A DNA stretch of 64,000 nucleotides, from contig CAJINV010000006.1 of the NCBI GenBank assembly GCA_905178155.1, positions 1,117,876-1,181,875 of the forward strand, read 5' to 3'. Of this stretch, positions 60,983 to 64,000 are shown piece after piece. Under the pieces are notes generated by a model. It made no database searches, had not been told where the DNA came from, and worked only from the letters and a program-made list of their open reading frames with translations. The translations under genes were made by a program, and so were the position numbers. Position 1 is the first letter of the stretch, and each line of letters opens with the position of its first letter. This DNA comes from Amoebophrya sp. A120. Taxonomy: Eukaryota; Protista; Dinoflagellata.

Positions 60983-63900
60983 ATGTCCGCTTCTACTTCC
61001 AGCTCGAGCATCTACGATGCCATCAAGGCACAAAACCCGTCCTCCACGCTCCTTCAGGAGAATATGGGAGTGTCAGGATCAAAATCAACAAAATCGAAAT
61101 GATCTGCAATGCATAAAATGCTACGCAAAAACCGACTCTGTTGCAGAGGATGCAAGGAAGGCGGATTGTAGTCCTGGTAAGGGTTCAGTGTTGGGCTGCA
61201 GACTAGCATGAGAGAAGGCAGCTCTTTTGCCCTAAGCCGCATGACAAATTCGTTTCCAGGACGGGTGGAATTTGTCATGCGCCGACTACAAACTGTGGGT
61301 CTAACTGGCATTGATTTTGTGCATCACAAGTTTTTCGATTTTGTCAATTTCGATTCTGACACTTCCATAGAGAAGGCGGACCAAATACAAGCGTACGGAA
61401 ACCAGAAGTTGTACCACCAGCTCGTCTATCCTGTGGAAAAGTGTCGTAAGCTTGTACGCAAAGATTGCAGTACTTATGTGCATGACAAAGCTGCTTCCTA
61501 AAGGCTAAAGTAGCATGACAAGTTCCATTTGTAGTGCTGACGAAGTTTGTAATGCAATTTGTACTTACAACTACGATCACGATGCTTGTTTTCCACGTCA
61601 TACTGTCGAGACGGTGTTCGAGTTGCTACCGCTGCTCACCGAGAAACTGCAGAACGACCTGGTAGAAAAGGAGATCAAGCCGATCGCCGGAAAACTGAAC
61701 CCGGTGCGGTACATATCCCGTTTAAAAGCGTCCCCGCCCCAGAGTTGTCATGCAGATTTGCAACAACAGAAACATTTGCCATGCGCATCCCCATGAGGGG
61801 CATTTTCCATCGTGTTTGCGAGCATTTGTAATGCGGTAAACAGAATAAAGAGATGGATTTGTGATGCGGCTTTCCTTGCTGACCCGCACTACAATACAGG
61901 AGGGGGAAGTTTGCCATGCGCGACTCGCAAAACTGGTGGATTTGTGTTGCAAAGTGCCCAACTTGACTACGGGGTGGGGACGTTTTTCCTCAGGATAGCA
62001 CATGGAATTAGTCGGAATTCTGCTCAAGGCCAAACTGTCGACGACGAATCCCCCGAAGCAGGAGAAAGACAACCTGCTCGCCTGGCTCGCGGACCACTTT
62101 CAGCCCTTCGACATTTTGCCGAAGAGACAGCCCGAGCCGACGTCCTATGGAAGCGTCAGGATCGAAATCGTCAAAGTTGAAATAATCTGTGATGCAGAAA
62201 AGCGATACAAGCTGAAGCCCAGTTTGCAAGTGGCGCATGACAAATTTTAGGAGCATGGAAATCCAGTTTGTCATACTGTTTGCGTGGAGAAGATTGCTTT
62301 TGTCATGCTATCTTAGCAGCTCTACCTCACACCCCAAACAGGCTGATAATCGGCCTCAGTTGCCTGCTCTACAAGACAGGCCCTTTGCGCCTAGCATTTT
62401 ATGCATCACAAACTATTTCAACTTTGACGATTTCAATCCTGACACTTCCATACGTTCAGCACAACGACTACAACCGGAGACAAAGATGGGAAAGACAAAA
62501 CTGCTATCCACCGGTGCAAAAATACGATCGTACCGTGCTTCCTCGTGCAAGGAACTATTGCAAAATAAACTGCATGACAAATAAAGTGTAGTTTTCAACG
62601 ACAACGTTTATAGCAGAATCTGCATCAGAAAGTCGTGGTCCTTTTTTCATCTATTTCAACATTCGGAAGTTTGTCATGCTCATGCATTTGCATGAATGTT
62701 GTGCTTTAGCTTTGCTAAGCTACATCATAACGATTACAATCAGACGGTCGTACCTTAACTTTTGCAATGCATATATGGCATTCTCAAACGTTACATTCTC
62801 AACTGTTACATGGATTTGTCATGCATAACTACCTGAAGCCGCCAGATAATCAAGCGGCTACGCATGACAAATCCCGGAGGGCTAAACAGCATGTAAATCT
62901 GTGTGGAATTTGTCATGCAAAAGGAGCAATCTTCCCCCTTTCATTTTTGCCGTTCTTGCATTACAGATTCATGTAACAGTTGAGAATGTAACATTTGAGA
63001 ACTCCATAGCATAAGTGACAAGGATGGGGACAAGAAGATGGAGGACGCCGCAAAGCCGACGTCCTTTGCGGCAAAGAAGATTGGGCAGCTATGAACTGCA
63101 AAAGTATCGTACTCGTATAAATGCATTACAAATTTCCTCAGCACGTTGAGAAATAAAATTTGTAATGCGGATTTGCCTTCAGAAAAAGATTTGTAATGCA
63201 AGACTTGCATTTATACGAATAGGAATACGATACTTTTGCACAGGATAGCAGCTGTCGCACTACAACAAGGCCGCGGAGGCGGATTTTCTGGACGCCCGGG
63301 CCCTGCATCTGTCCCTGAAAGCCTCTGTGTTGCTACGCATTGCAAATTTATCCTTGGCTACTTTGGAAAAGGAAACGCCGCCCAGAACAAGACGAGATTC
63401 CTTTTTCATCTTTTCACGCATGACAGATCTGGAGGTTACAGAAACCGCGCATTACAAATTCAATATCATGACATAGAAAAACTAAAACAAGGTATTTGCA
63501 ATGCATAGCTAGTGAGCTTCAACGACTTGGAAGCAGCAAAAGAAACCGTCGCCGACGAGCTGAACTATGCTATTGGAAAACTGCCTTCGATCGACGATTT
63601 CGATTTGTCTACTGATTCTTGGGCATTGATTCAGGATCAGCATATACAAGTTTATTTCTTTACCTGTGCTTTTGCCGGTAAATGAAAATGTAATAAGCAA
63701 ATATAAAGAATTTCAGGACATCTACATCACAAATAGCTCCTGTTTGATTACCAGAGCAATTTTTGCCTTGCAAATTCAGACCCAGATCGAGATTGAATAT
63801 CGAAGGAATTTTACCCTAGCATACCAAAGACGAGCTCTTCAAGTACCGGGTACCCGTCAGCGTGAAGCCACGAGTTTTATGCATTGCGAATTTGTGGATG

Positions 63901-64000
63901 TGGCGATCATTCTCCGACAGATGAACATTTTGTCATGCAAAACTGGCGTACGACTGGGACTGCTGTGCTCTTTGTAGCACGTGCACTTGTCACCGCGACT
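60983..64000 (+). CDS. RPN9: 26S proteasome lid subunit RPN9/PSMD13 homolog (5' part; continues past window)
   Basis: Exons 60983-61062, 61375-61426, 61608-61713, 62003-62145, 62458-62504, 63019-63089, 63253-63333, 63513-63565, 63829-63877. They give ...AYGNQKLYHQLVETVFELL...EIKPIAGKLNPVRYMELV...LLSFNDLEAAKETVADELN, matching by recognition the PSMD13 KLWHQL, NPLSLVEI and GDLQVTKETI segments. Confidence 0.72.
61063..61369. mobile_element. Introner family C
   Basis: TSD GAGAA/GAGAA; frame restored. Confidence 0.93.
61427..61602. mobile_element. Introner family B-like
   Basis: TSD TCGTC/CTGTC; frame restored. Confidence 0.85.
61714..61997. mobile_element. Introner family G
   Basis: TSD GTACA/GCACA; frame restored. 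Confidence 0.92.
62146..62452. mobile_element. Introner family C
   Basis: TSD CGTCC/CGTTC; frame restored. Confidence 0.92.
62505..62773. mobile_element. Introner family B-like, degenerate; host of a terminal nested insertion
   Basis: TATCCACCGGTGCAAAA...TTTTGCAATGCATA; outer TSD ACTGC/AGTGA (63014-63018). Confidence 0.8.
62774..63008. mobile_element. Introner family D inserted at the tip of another element
   Basis: TSD GCATA/GCATA (62769-62773, 63009-63013). Confidence 0.9.
63090..63247. mobile_element. Introner family B
   Basis: TSD GCAGC/GCAGC; frame restored. Confidence 0.93.
63334..63507. mobile_element. Introner, degenerate
   Basis: TACGCATTGCAAAT...ATTTGCAATGCATA; TSD GTTGC/GCTAG; frame restored. 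Confidence 0.8.
63566..63823. mobile_element. Introner, very degenerate
   Basis: TATGCTA...TAGCATA ends; removal of element + 5 nt keeps frame. Confidence 0.6.
63878..64000. mobile_element. Introner left part, cut by window end
   Basis: Starts TATGCATTGCGAATTTG; contains TTTGTCATGC. Confidence 0.65.

Noticed and set aside
415-63977. Hundreds of short six-frame ORFs as separate genes (recurring MTNF, LSC, CAKVSYSY, KCLGLE peptides)
   Set aside because: They are translations of the elements, of exon antisense strands, or exon-element read-throughs.

Overview
Eukaryotic DNA read with the standard code. The architecture closely matches the intron-invaded genomes described for the parasitic dinoflagellate Amoebophrya (Syndiniales); that assignment is an inference. 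About 95 short (110-340 bp) MITE-like elements from about 12 unrelated families interrupt the window. Almost all begin TAT(C/G), end (G/C)ATA, carry terminal inverted repeats (TIRs), are flanked by a 5-bp direct repeat (TSD) and share an internal GCAT(G/C/T)ACAA motif. Deleting each element plus one TSD copy by hand fuses the fragmented ORF track into three + strand genes. (1) 7741-48587: 75 elements at 74 sites, leaving 22,011 nt (7,336 aa) encoding a protein with a signal peptide, repeated domains and a GPI-like C-terminus. (2) 50167-58987: a membrane-anchored protein with two divergent kinase-like domains. (3) 60983 to past the window end: a proteasome lid RPN9/PSMD13 homolog. Many of these inferred introns have no GT/GC-AG in any register, and members of one family occur in either orientation. 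One carries a roughly 950-bp 5'-truncated retroelement-like cargo encoding a zinc-finger-like and an AP2-like domain. Positions 1-7.7 kb are a repeat/relic region that includes two dinoflagellate spliced-leader-like sites. No transposase gene is visible. All coordinates were counted by hand.
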